Origin: Heterodontus francisci
Taxonomy: Eukaryota
Direction of reading: 5' to 3'
DNA length: 64,000 bases
Assembly (NCBI RefSeq): GCF_036365525.1
Contig: NC_090380.1
Location: forward strand, 22,889,271 to 22,953,270
Every line of letters starts with the position of its first letter. Position 1 is the first letter of the stretch. Made by a program: the position numbers and the translations under genes. Of this stretch, positions 13,070 through 24,539 are shown piece by piece. The notes under the pieces are model-generated. The model did not search any database and had not been told where the DNA came from. It saw only the letters and a list, made by a program, of their open reading frames with translations.

Positions 13070-13275
13070 TAAATACCTATTCAACCAACACCTAAAAGAG
13101 ATTATCCGGCCATCATCACTTTACTGTTCGTGGGAGCTTGCTGTGCACAATTTGGCTGCCACGTTTCCTACGTTACCACAGTGACTACGCTTCAAAAGTA
13201 CTTCAATGGCTGTAATGCACTTTGAGACACCCTGAGAGTGAAAGGTGCAATGGACGTGCAAGCTTTTTTCTTTAC
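13070..13275 (+). mobile_element. DeuSINE 3' fragment
   Basis: tgggagcttgctgtgcacaatttggctgcc...gaaaggtgcaat matches the other DeuSINE copies. Confidence 0.7.
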
Positions 13276-16054
13276 AAACTGTAGCATCAATTCTCCAGTC
13301 CACATTGCCTTTGACTGCTTCTTTCTACCAGAAGTACTGAATTTAATCTTCGTCTTCCCACCCAATGGCCCAAGAATTCCTAATAAAAGGTCGACAATTC
13401 TAACTAAAGTAGGCATATTTAATAACAAGAAGCTCCTTTCACTTTCAACAATGGGCTATTTGTAGTGTGCCTGTGGAGTGCTCTTCCAACTTTAGTGTTT
13501 GTGACTAAAAGTGCATATGGCAAATGAAGACAAATGCAACATGCTCATTCAGTACCTCATTTATGCCCTCTGCTGCCACAAGAAGATTTCCTTTATTGTC
13601 CCTTGACAGCCCCACCATTCCTTTAACTATCCTTTTATGTTTTGTATGTTTATGAAATATTTTTGGGTCCCCTTTTATGTTGCCCACTAATCTTTTTCTC
13701 ATGCTCTCTCAAGCCCTTTTTATATCCTTTTTTCAGTTTCTCCCTTGTAGAAATAAGTGGAGAGATTTAATTTTTGTTACTTTGGAAAGAACTATCTGGA
13801 AGATAGGGCTCCGCATTCTATCAGCAAATAGCCTGCTGGGTGTTGTAAGGATATTTCTCTTGTTTCAGGTGACTGGGCTACAGTGACTATTTCTTTGGAA
13901 AAGCAAAGGAAAAATTCAAACGTGCAGTTTGCACCACACTGATCTGCTGAATCCAAATGGCTATTTTGTAACTACTACGTAGGATAAAACAATGAAACAC
14001 CACATTCTGGAAACTCGCATTTTGTCACCTTACAGACAAAACTTCAAACATATTTATATGTACAAGATGTAGTGGGGGTGAAATTGGGTCTTGTTGCCCG
14101 TTTTCAAGGTAGAAACTGGGTACAGAGATCCAATTTCCGAGATCAGCCTCCCATTCTGAAGTGTGTTTGAAACACACCTGATGCCATATTGATTGTGGTG
14201 CTGGAGAAGGGGCCACCTGAAGAGACATTAGGTTAATTGTGCATGCTAATAAGGGCCTAACCCCTGTTTTAGGACCCATTCTGGAAATTTCCAGTAGTTG
14301 AGTGGCCACAGATGAAAGATTATATGTTACTGATTTAGAATATAGGGCAAGAAAAACTTCTTTACAGGGAGTTGAGAGGTTGTGGAATTCATTTCCAGGG
14401 TTAATGGTTGAGACAGAAGCTATGTCAACTTTTAAGATTAGATTGGATAGTTGAATGAAGGGATATGGGAACAGGGTAGGTAAATGTGATTAGAACTGTT
14501 TGCCTGCATAAAGAGTGAACTCTGACATGATGTGCTGGATGGGCCGAACAGGCTGCTTCCATGTTGTAATTTCTATATGCACCGTCTCCCTCTCCCTCTC
14601 CGTCCCTTTCTTCTTCCCCTCACTGAGCCTTCCACCTTTTTGCTTTGTATACCCACCTTCCCCCTCCCTTACCCCAGAAGTCAGAAGATCCATAACTCCG
14701 CCTTAGAACAGCCCAGCACTGTCACAATTGTGTGCACCGATTTAAATACCTCTGAAGAAGTTGCAGGGACCACAGAGTGATAAAGTATCAGGGACTGGAG
14801 CTGGAAGATTTGTATTTCTTCAAATGTTCCCTTACAATGGTGTTACACAGTTCAAGCACATAGAGCACTTCCCCACAAATTTCTCCATTTAAAGGAAATG
14901 ACATGGGGCGTCATTCTGCAAGGCTGTGCTGCTGGCAGAATGTACAAGAGACAAAAGCAGAAATGCAGTTTGTTAATAGCTAGAATAAAAGTTCTCAATT
15001 GGGGAAAAGCTAATTTTACTCAGCTGAGATGTGATTTAGCTAAAGTGGATTGATGAGTGGGAAACAGTCAAGGAAAAGATAGTGAGGGTTCCGAGCAAGT
15101 ATGTTTTCTTAAAGAAAAGAGGTGGGGCTAACAAATCCAGAGCCCCCGGATGTCAAGGGGATTAAGGAGAGGATAAAGGAAAAAAGGGAAGTTTATGATA
15201 GATAGCGAGGGCTCAATACTGCAGAAAACTTAAGTGTATAAAAAGCGTACGGGTGAAATTAAAAGGAAATTATTAAAGCAAAAAGAGTGCATGAAAAAAT
15301 AGTTGCAAGTAAAATCAAGGAAAATCCTAAGATTTTTTATAAATACATAAAGTACAAGAAGATAACTAAAGAAAGAGTAGGGCCTATAGGGTACCGTAAG
15401 GGTAACCTGTGTGCGGAGGCAGAGAATGTTGGTATTGTTAATGAATACTTTATGTCTTTATCACTAAAGAGCGGAACGATACAGACATTGCAATCAGGGA
15501 GGAAGAGTGTGAAATATTGAATGAAATTAACATAGTGAGAGAGGAAGTATTAAGGGATTTAACATCTTTGAAAGCGGATAAATCCCCAGGCCGGGCGAAA
15601 TGTATCCTAGGCTGTTAAGGGAAGCAAGAGAAGAAATAACAAAGGCTCTGACCATCATTTTCCAATCCTTTCTGGCTACAGGTGTGGTGCCAGAGGACTG
15701 GAAGATGGCTTACATGAACCATTGCTTAAAAAGGGAGAAAAGAATAGACGGAGTAATTACAGGCCAGTCAGCCTAACCTCTGTGGTAGGAAAATTATTAG
15801 AAAAGATTGTGAGGGACAGGATAAATCTTCATTTCGAAGATGGATTAATCAAAGACAGTCAGCACGGATTTATTAAGGGAAGGTGATGTCAGACTGCCCT
15901 TGTCTGTTAAAACTGCTCACAATTTCAATATCATCCTGGATTGCAAGGTTAGCCCCCGGCTTCTTTTCTCAACTGAAAACCGTCTTCTTAAACCCCGTTC
16001 CCCTGTCCCCTCCACCCTCACCTCCAACAATAAGTTCAAAGAGCTCATGGACTT

Positions 16055-17135
16055 GGTTAACAGACAGGAAGCAACAAGTGGGCATCAACGGGGTATTTTC
16101 AAGCTGGCAGGCAGTGAATAGTGGAGTGCCACGAGGATCAGTGCTGGGGCCTCAGCTGTTCACAATCTGTAATAATGACTTGGATGAAGACACAGAGAGT
16201 AATGTATCTAAGTTTGCTGATGATACAAATGTAGGTGGAAAGGTAAGCTGTGGGAAGGACACAGAGAGGCTGCAAAGAGATATTGACAGGTTAAATGAGT
16301 GGGCAACAAGATGGCAGATGAAGTATAATGTAGACAAGTGTCAAGTTATTCACTTTGATTGTAAGAATAGTAAAGCAGAATATGTTTTAAAAGGTGTGAA
16401 ATTTGTAAGTGTTCATGTTTAAAGAGACTTGGGTGTGCTTGTATAAGGAACGCAAAAAGACAGCATGCAGGTACAGCAAGCAATTAGGAAGGCAAATGGC
16501 ATGTTTTCCTATATTGCAAGGGCATTGGAGTACAGGAATAAGGAAGTCTTCCTTCAATTGTACAGGGTTTTGGTGAGATCATATCTGGAGTACTGTGTGC
16601 AGTTTTGGTCTCCACATTTAAGAAAGGATATACTTGCATTGGAGGTGGTACAGCGAAATTCCTTAAATTGATCCCTGGGATGATGGGGTTGTCCTATGAT
16701 AGGATGTGTAAATTGGGCCTATATTCTCTGGAGTTTTGAAGAATAAGAGGCGATCTCATTGAAACATATGAGATTCTGGAGGGGCTGGATAGGGTAGACA
16801 CTGAGAGATTGTTTCCACTGGTTGAGGAATCTAAAACATGGGGCACAGTTTCAGTATAAGGGGCCGATCATTTAGGACTGAGATGAGGAGAAATTACTTC
16901 ACTCAAAGTGTTGTGAATCTTGGTAATTCTCTACCCCAGAAGGTTATGGATGCTCCATTGTTGAATACATATAAGGCAGGGGTAGGCAGATTCTTGGTTC
17001 CTCAGGGAATCGAGGGATATGGCAAGTGGGCAGGAAAGTGAAATTGAGGCCTAAGATCAGCCATGATTGTTTTCAATGGCGGAGCAGGCTTGATGGGCCA
17101 TATGGTCTACTCCTGCTCCTATTTCTTGTGTTCTT
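16055..17135 (+). mobile_element. 5'-truncated CR1 inserted in the L2
   Basis: SGVPRGSVLGPQLF and SKFADDT motifs, tail cctgctcctatttcttgtgttctt. The L2 word gactt is duplicated at 16050-16054 and 17136-17140. Confidence 0.88.
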
Positions 17136-17998
17136 GACTTCTTTGTTACTTAGATAGAGACCATCTGATCAGCTACCTCTGCCGCGTCCCTCCCTTCCAC
17201 CAGCCCGCCTGGCCACAATTCCTCTAACGCTCCCCCCTGCCCTAGCCCTGAACTCGCATCTTTCTTTAGTTTCTCGCCTATCTCCCCTCATGCACTCTCT
17301 GAGCTCATCACATCCTGCTCCCTCAACCCTGTTCTCACTGAACTGCTGATCACCCAACTTCCCCTTCTGGACCCATGTTAGCTGATATTATAAACGGTTC
17401 TCTTGCTTCAGGTGTTATCCTTCTCTTCTTTAAATCTGCGGTTTTCACAGCTCTCCTCAGAAAACAACCCTTGACCCCACTGGACTTGCAAACTACCATT
17501 CCATCTGCAACCTCCTATTCCTCTCCAAAGTCCTTGAATGTGTAGTTGCCTTTCAAATCATTCACATCTTTCCCGAGACTCCATATTTGAATCCATCCAG
17601 TCAGGTTTCTGACCCTGCCACAGTGCTGAAACAGCTCTTACTAAACCCTCAAATGACATCCTATGTGACTGTGACAAAGGTAAACTTTCTCTTCTCATCC
17701 TTCTCAGCCTGCCTGCAGCCTTTGACACGGTTGACACACCGTCCTCCTCCAACGTCTCTCCACTATCATTCAGCTGGGTGGGACTGTTCTTACCTGGTTC
17801 CATTCTTATCTATTTAATTGGAGCAAGAGAATAACTTGCAATGGCTTCTCTTCCCACTGCTGCACTGTTACCTCTGGTGTGCCCCAAGGATCTAGCTGTG
17901 CCTCCTCCTATTTCTAATCTACGTGCTGTCACTTGGCGACATCATCTAAAAGCACAGTGTTAGTTGTCACATGTATGTTGACGACACCCAACTGTACC

Positions 17999-18724
17999 CA
18001 GAGCTAGGCACCAACATGTTGCACCATGGACATTTGACAAAATTCTTGGCTCAGCCATGGACAATGGGGGCATTTAATCTGTATATAAAAAGTATAGCCA
18101 ATCTAATGCCATCAAAACGCATTCCAATTTAAAACACATTTCTCCCTATTTAGTGAAATACCTGGCATTTCTTTTGCTTGCACAAGTAGTCAATGTCTGG
18201 CTGCACATTTGATGTAGCGATGTGGAGTATTCCGGACAGATGTCCATCTGGCCAGGGTGATCTTGATCTCTCTCTCTCCCTCACTGTTTCTCTCTCTCTC
18301 TGTGTCCCTGCCCCCCCTCTCCATTTACTCACCTCAGCTGGTAGAGATGTGCTTTTGTGCCGTTGCTAAACGAATGTCCGCCACCATCTTTCATACTGGT
18401 GTCATGCCTTCTGCCAGTGCTTATAACAACCTCTGCCATCTTTAGTGCTGGCAAAAATGTTTAGAACTGCGTTTGCCATCTTTAATGCTGGCGAGCAGTC
18501 CTCCGCTGATGTCTTTAACTAGAAGAAATGCAAACTACAGCGAATGCTGGAGATCTGAAATAAATACTCCAGTAAAAGAAGAAGTCAGTGGCGTATTTCC
18601 GAAACCTCAATATCAGAAATCTGCCATTTGGCAGAAATTTTCGTCCCTGAATTAAAATACCACGGACCTCAAAATTTGTACCACAGACACTGGTGTCTGT
18701 GTACAGACACGTTGCTGACCCCTG
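17999..18724 (+). mobile_element. Non-autonomous hAT (Charlie-like) DNA transposon
   Basis: Termini cagagctaggca... and ...ttgctgacccctg (reverse complement caggggtcagcaa). Degenerate 8-bp TSD actgtacc / actctaac inside the L2 YVDDTQLY codons. Related copies at 33430-34178 and 45127-45295. Confidence 0.75.
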
Positions 18725-18942
18725 ACTCTAACTCACCACCACCTCTCTTGACTTCTCTACTGTTGCTAGACTATTCGACTGCCTTTCCGACAACCAGTAC
18801 TAGATGAGCAGCAATTTCCTCCCATTAAATATTGGGAAGACTGAAGCCATCATTTTTGGTCCCTGCTTCTAACTACTTTCCCTAGCTACTGACTCCATCC
18901 ATCTCCTTGGCAACAGTCTGAGGTTAACCAGTCTGTTAGCAA

Positions 18943-19292
18943 TAAAAACAGAAAGTGTTGGAAATATTCAGGTCAGGCAGCATCTGTGGAGAGTGAAGCA
19001 GAGTTAACCTTTCGTCAGAACTGCCAATGGTTAGAAAAGAATTAGGTTTTAAGCAAGTGAAGTGGGGGGGTGGAATGGTGGTTGGTGGGGAACAGAACAA
19101 AAGGGAAGGTGTGTGATAGGGCAGAGGGCAGGAGAGATTAAATAACAAACTTGTTCTGGGACAAAGGCAAAGGGTGTGTTAATGCTGTGGTGAAAGACAA
19201 AGCATTAGTCCAGAGAGAGTGTTAATAGCAGAATAATGAGCAACTCTGTCCACATGAAAAACAGGAACATGGTTAAAAAATTTAAAAAAAAG
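18943..19292 (-). mobile_element. Penelope-like terminal-repeat fragment with a perfect 12-bp TSD
   Basis: TSD gtctgttagcaa at 18931-18942 and 19293-19304. Contains an internally deleted hammerhead remnant (reverse complement agttctgacgaaaggttaact). Confidence 0.72.
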
Positions 19293-19398
19293 GTCTGTTA
19301 GCAACCTTGGTGTCATATTTGACTCCGTGATGAGCTTCTGAGCTCATTTCTGCACCATCATTAAGACTGCCTATTTCTACCTCCCTAACATCGCCTGC

Positions 19399-19735
19399 CA
19401 CAGTGGCGCAGTGGTTAGCACTGCAGCCTCACAGCTCCAGCGACCCGGGTTCGGTTCTGGGTACTGCCTGTGTGGAGTTTGCACGTTCTCCCTGTGTCTG
19501 TGTGGGTTTCCGGCGGGAGTTCCGGTTTCCTCCCACAGCCAAAGACTTGCAGTTTGATAGGTAAATTGGCCATTGTAAATTGCCCCTAGTGTAGGTAGGT
19601 GGTAGGAGAATGGTGGGGATGTGATAGGGAATATGGGATTAACGAAGGATTAATATAAATGGGTGGTTGTTGGTCGGCACAGACTCGGTGGGCTGAAGGG
19701 CCTGTTTCAGTGCTGTATCTCTCTATGACTCTATG
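19399..19735 (+). mobile_element. V-SINE (HE1-like) inserted in the L2
   Basis: Same A/B boxes, V-domain and tail as 2871-3210. Ends in a (ctctatga)n tail. Confidence 0.88.
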
Positions 19736-21904
19736 ACATCTGCTGCTGAAACCCTCATTCATGCTTTAGGTACCTCGAGACCTGACTATTGCACTGCACT
19801 CCTGCTGCTCTCCCACATTCTATCCTCCATAAGCTTGCAGTCATCCAAAACTCTGCTGCCCGTGTCTTAACTCGCACCAAGTCCCGTTCACCTATCACTC
19901 CTGTGCTCGCTGACCTACATTGTCTTCCAGTCAAGCAACGTCTTGTTTTCAAATCTCTCTGTGGCCTCGTCCCTCCCTATCTCTATAATCTCCTCCAGTC
20001 CCACAACTCTCCGAGATATCTGCATGCTTCTAATTCTGGCCTCTTGAGCATCCCCAATTTTCATCGCTCCACTATTGGTGGCTGTGTCTTCAGTTGCCTT
20101 TACCCTAAGCTCTGGAAAACCCTCCCTACACTTGTCTGCCTCTCTACCTTGCTTTCCTTCTGTAAGACACTCCTTGAAACCTACCTCTTTGACTAAGCTT
20201 TTGGTCATCTGACCTAATATCTCCTTATATGGCTTGGTGTCACATATTTTATTTTATAAAGCTCCTGTGAAGTGTCTTGGGATGATTTATTATGTTAAGG
20301 ACGCTATATAAATATGAGTTGTTCTCTAATATCATTGAATTTTTTGTGGAGGTAACAAGGAAGGTCGATGAGGGTAGTGCATTTGATGTAATCTATATGG
20401 ATTTTAGCAAAGCTTTTATAGGGTCCCACATGGCAGACTGGTCATGAAAGTAAAAGCTCATAGGATCCAGGCAAAGTGGCAAGTTGGATCCAAAATTGGC
20501 ACAGAGGCAGGAAGCAAAGGGTCAGTGATGTTTTTGTGACTGGAATGCTGTTTCAAGTGAGATTCCGCACGGCTCAGTACTAGGTTTCTTGCTTTTTACA
20601 GTATATGTCAATGATTTGAACATGAATGTAGCAGTCTGAAGAAGAAGTTTGCAGATGATACAAAAATTGGCCGTGTGGTTGATAATGAAGAAGAAAGCTG
20701 TAGACTGCAGGAAGATATCAAAGGACTAGTCAGGTGGGCAGAACAATGGCAAATGGAGTTCAATCTGGAGAAGTGTGAGGTAGTGCATTTGGGAAAGGCT
20801 AACAAGGCAAGGGAATACACAATAAATGGTAGGATACTGAGAATTAGAGGAACAGAGGGTCCTTGGAGTGCATGTCCACAGATACTTGAAGGTGGCTGGA
20901 CGGGTGGATAAGTTGGTCAAGAAGGCATACAGGATATTTGCCTTTATTAGCCAAGGCATAGAATATAAGAGCAGGGAGGTTATGCTGGAACTGTACAAAA
21001 CACTGGTTAGGCCACAGCTGGAGTACTGCATGCAGTTCTGGTCACTGCACGATAGGAAAGATGTGATTGCACTCGAGAGGGTACAGGGGAGATTTATGAG
21101 ATGTTACCTGGACTGGAGAATTTTATTTATGAGGAGAGACTGGATCAGCTCAGATTGTTTCCTTTGGACCAGAGGAGGCTGAGGGGAAACCTAATTGAAG
21201 TGTATAAAATTATGAGTAGTCTAAATAGAGTGACTAGGAAGGTTTTATTTCTCTTGGTTGAGGGATCCATAACCAGGGGGCATAGATTTAAGGTAAGAGG
21301 TCAGAGAATTAGAGAGGATTCGAGGGGGATTTTTTTCACCCAGAGGGTGGTGGGGATCTGGAACTCACTGCCTGAAAGGGAGGTAGAGGCAGAAACCCTC
21401 AAAACATTTAAAAAGTACTTGGATATGCACTTGAAGTGTCGTAACCTACAAGGCTATGGACAAGAGCTGGAAAGTGGGATTAGGCCGGATGGCTACTTGT
21501 CGACCGGCACGGACACAATGGGCCAAATGGCCTCCTTCCGTGCTGTAGATTTCTATGATTTTATGATATTGCACCCCTCCCATCTAGTCAGCAGTGGAGA
21601 CAGGCCCAAGTGCCTTCTCAACTGTATGTTTTTAAGTGTGTAATTTATTTAATGTAGCTTTATTGAGTCATTAGTTTCAATAAAGTGGTATCGTAAATTC
21701 CCTTGACTCACTCAAGTGATTCTATATTGATTTTATAACTAGATTCAGGTTTTTGAAGAGCCTTGATCAACTCATGCACACAGCGCAGAATTAAGTAAAT
21801 CCATTTTACAATTGAGTGCACCTTTACCACTTTCCTATAAAACACTGGAAGCATAGCTTCAAAGAACTCCATTTTTGGCAGACAAAAAGCAGAAAGAATC
21901 TCTG

Positions 21905-22300
21905 TCTGGCACTGGGTGGCGCATTGGGTTGACATTCGACACTTGGACCTCTCGGAGCTGGGTTTGAGTGCACCTCTGAATCATTGGACGAAAGTAGATA
22001 GCACTGGCTGCAAGCATCATACGTCAGTTAGCTGCAGATACAAGTAGCAGGTCACACAATGATCCTTTTCAATGTCAGTTATGCCAATCTGCCGTGAGGT
22101 TTTGAACAAATGAATAAAGATTTGTTGAGCACTTTATCATGGACTCAGTGCCTCTTCAATCACTTGCTTCCAGTGGGGACTGTCACTCAATGCAAGGGGG
22201 AGGTGGAAATTGGGCTACAACACTGGTGAGAATTGACTGACCTGCATAAAGCACTCTGTTGGAATCTTTGAATAAACCCTTTAATGCAATAAGAGCTTTA
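21905..22300 (+). mobile_element. Ancient LF-SINE-like element
   Basis: tRNA-like head (ctgggtggcgcattggg...cctctcggagctgggtttgagt) followed by gacgaaagt...tggctg, resembling the LF-SINE consensus as recalled. Very diverged. Confidence 0.4.
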
Positions 22301-22644
22301 TTTGCTTGAGATACGATCAGTCACATGGCAGAAGTGATCATTTATGTAAAAACTGTGGCCCAGAAATTCAGCTGCGCCTCTTGCAGCTGGTGAAGTGATG
22401 AGAACCACCAGTGAAGGAGAGTGTAAGATTGGGCCATTGCTAGTGTCACAGCAGCTCTCAGGTAAGTGGGGCTGGGGTCAGTCCTGAGAGAGAGCAGGGA
22501 AAATGGAACCTTCTTGAGAGGGGCCTACATCTCACGAAGGCAAGAAGGGCTGAAACACTTCTTTCCTGCGCTAAAAATGTCTTGTGTTTTGGCTTCAGAG
22601 TAACATAAACAACAGTGACTTAATGGTTTGCTTCATATGTGTAG

Positions 22645-22770
22645 ATTGCCATGCCTCATCAATGGCTCGAAGGTAACCTGCCTGTTAGTGCCAAATGTGC
22701 CGTGTGTGACAAGACATGTGGAAGTGTTCTCCGCCTGCAGGACTGGAGGTGTCTCTGGTGCAAAGCCATG
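22645..22770 (+). CDS. DGKH: DGK-eta-like exon: C1B domain
   Basis: gtgtag|ATT...GCCATG|gtaagc. Encodes [42 protein letters not shown]. 126 nt, phase 0 to 0. Not in the ORF track. Confidence 0.93.
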
Positions 22771-22879
22771 GTAAGCAGCTTGACTTATTTCTGCTGCTGC
22801 AAATGTGTCAGATAAGATTAAAGAGTGGAAGGAAACCACTCAAAAGTACACTCTTCAATTGTTCTATAAAATGTATTGC

Positions 22880-23320
22880 ATAGAATTACATGATAATTAC
22901 AGTACAGAATCAGGCCATTCAGCCCAATAGGTCTGTGCTGGTGCTTATGCTCCACATGAGCCTCCTCCCAGTCCTCTTCATCTCACCCTAACAGCATGTT
23001 CTTCAATCCTTCTCTCCCTCATGTATCTCACTTCCCCTTAAATGCATCTATGCTATTCACCTCAACCATTCCATCTGGTAGCAAGTTTCAAATTTTAACC
23101 ACTCTCTGGGTCAAAATGTTTTTCTTGAATTCCCTATTGGAATTATTAGCGACTATTTTATGTTTATGGCCCCTAGTATTGGACTCCCCCACAAGTAGAA
23201 ACATCTACATCTATCCTGTTGAATCCTTTCATAATTTTGAAGACCACAATCAGGTCACCATTCAGGCTCCTGTTTTCTGGAGATAAGAGCCAGAGCCTGT
23301 TCAGTCTTTCTGTAACTTTT
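22880..23320 (-). mobile_element. CR1 3' fragment
   Basis: Reverse complement of the CR1 ORF2 C-terminus (F.QRVV..WN) and 3' UTR. Confidence 0.8.
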
Positions 23321-23439
23321 AATTAATGGTCACCTTTTCAGTAGAAAGGAGATAGCTGACTGGAAAAGTCAATTTGTGAGGCAGCAGTATTGTAAAGCTA
23401 GTGCAATCTTGGAATGGAGCACAACTCCCAGGAGATGGT

Positions 23440-24485
23440 AATGAGGGCCCTGGTACAGCCATACCTGGAGTACTGTGTCCAGTTCTGGTCACTGTCTAAC
23501 AGCAAGGATATCTAAACATTGGAGGTAGGGTAGAAAAGGGTAATCATTCTAATAGTGAGTTCTGAGGAGAGGATGAAGAGCCTGGAATTGATTACTGAGG
23601 AGAATGGAAGCCTCAAGAGATATTATTGAAAGATTTATGATCCTGAGAGTATTAAAAAAAAAAATTGATATCCCTTCCCCCCCCCCCCCCACCCCCACCC
23701 CTCCGGGAAGGGACGGGGCAAGTGACACAGAGCAGGGAGGCGGGGTTGCGGAGATACAGGATGGGGCAGGGCAGGAGATGACGCACCTGAGCCCCCGATG
23801 TTCAATCCTGGCACACAAAGTTCCTCGTTAAGAGCTCAAAATCATAAAATCTAAATCAATACTGTATTATGTACCTTGCCCTAAGCACTGAAGTCCTGAT
23901 AGACATTCTTGTCACATGAAACTCTGCCAGTTGCATTAACAGTTGAAAAACTTATCTTAGTATTGAAAGGCATAGATCCCCATGGCATCAGTGTCATTAA
24001 ACTGGTTTGATTGAACAGTAATATGACATCTGCCTTGAATATAACAGATTTACAGGTGTATAAGATAATTAATGGAGTAGATAGGGAGAAACTATTTCCT
24101 TTGATGGGACAGTCCAGAACAAAAGGGAGGGGTGGAACGTGGGGGGGTGGGGGGCGCAGTGGCATTGGGGGCATGGGGTGGTGGCGGGGGAGAGAGAGCA
24201 GGTCATAACGTTAAAATTAGAGCTCGGCCCTGTAAGGATGATGCCAGGATGCACTTCACACAAAAGGGAGTGACAATCTGGAACTTTTACCCCCAAAAAA
24301 ATGTTGAGGCTGGGGGTCAATTAAAAATTTCAAAGCTGAGATAGGCAGACAGATATTCGTTAGGCATAAGTACTGGAGATCTGGAGCAAAGCCAGGTAAA
24401 CAGAGTTGAAATACAGATTGGCTATGACCTAATTGAAAGGAGAAACTGTTTCGAGAGGTTGAATGGCCTAGCTCTGTATGTTACC
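23440..24485 (+). mobile_element. CR1 3' fragments separated by an unassigned G/C-rich segment
   Basis: [16 protein letters not shown] at about 23445. VYKIINGVDREKLFPL..SRT and the CR1 tail at 24055-24485. Confidence 0.65.
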
Positions 24486-24539
24486 CTTTTGTCTGTGCCA
24501 CCTCTGCAGGTGGGATCCATCTCTGGATGAACACGGAGT

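Larger units (their letters stand above)
15896..20325 (+). mobile_element. L2 LINE (RT to 3' tail) hosting four younger insertions
   Basis: L2 motifs NYHSICNLLFLSKVLE, AFDTVD, YVDDTQLY, and IQNSAARVLTRTKSRSPITPVLADLH (ORF 19789). Tail acgctatataaatatgagttgtt. Confidence 0.85.
14985..21570 (+). mobile_element. CR1 LINE ORF2 remnant (14985-15895 and 20326-21570) split by a large L2 insertion
   Basis: Left part ends at QHGFIKGR*CQT (aagggaaggtgatgtcagact). Right part resumes at ctaatatcattgaatttttt (N.IEFF), collinear with the CR1 RT motif GRSCLTNLIEFF. ORFs 15287, 20675, 20868 and 21101 are CR1 ORF2 pieces. Confidence 0.85.

Noticed and set aside
15883-16422. 179-aa ORF as a novel fusion protein
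   Set aside because: Chance read-through across CR1/L2/CR1 nesting junctions.
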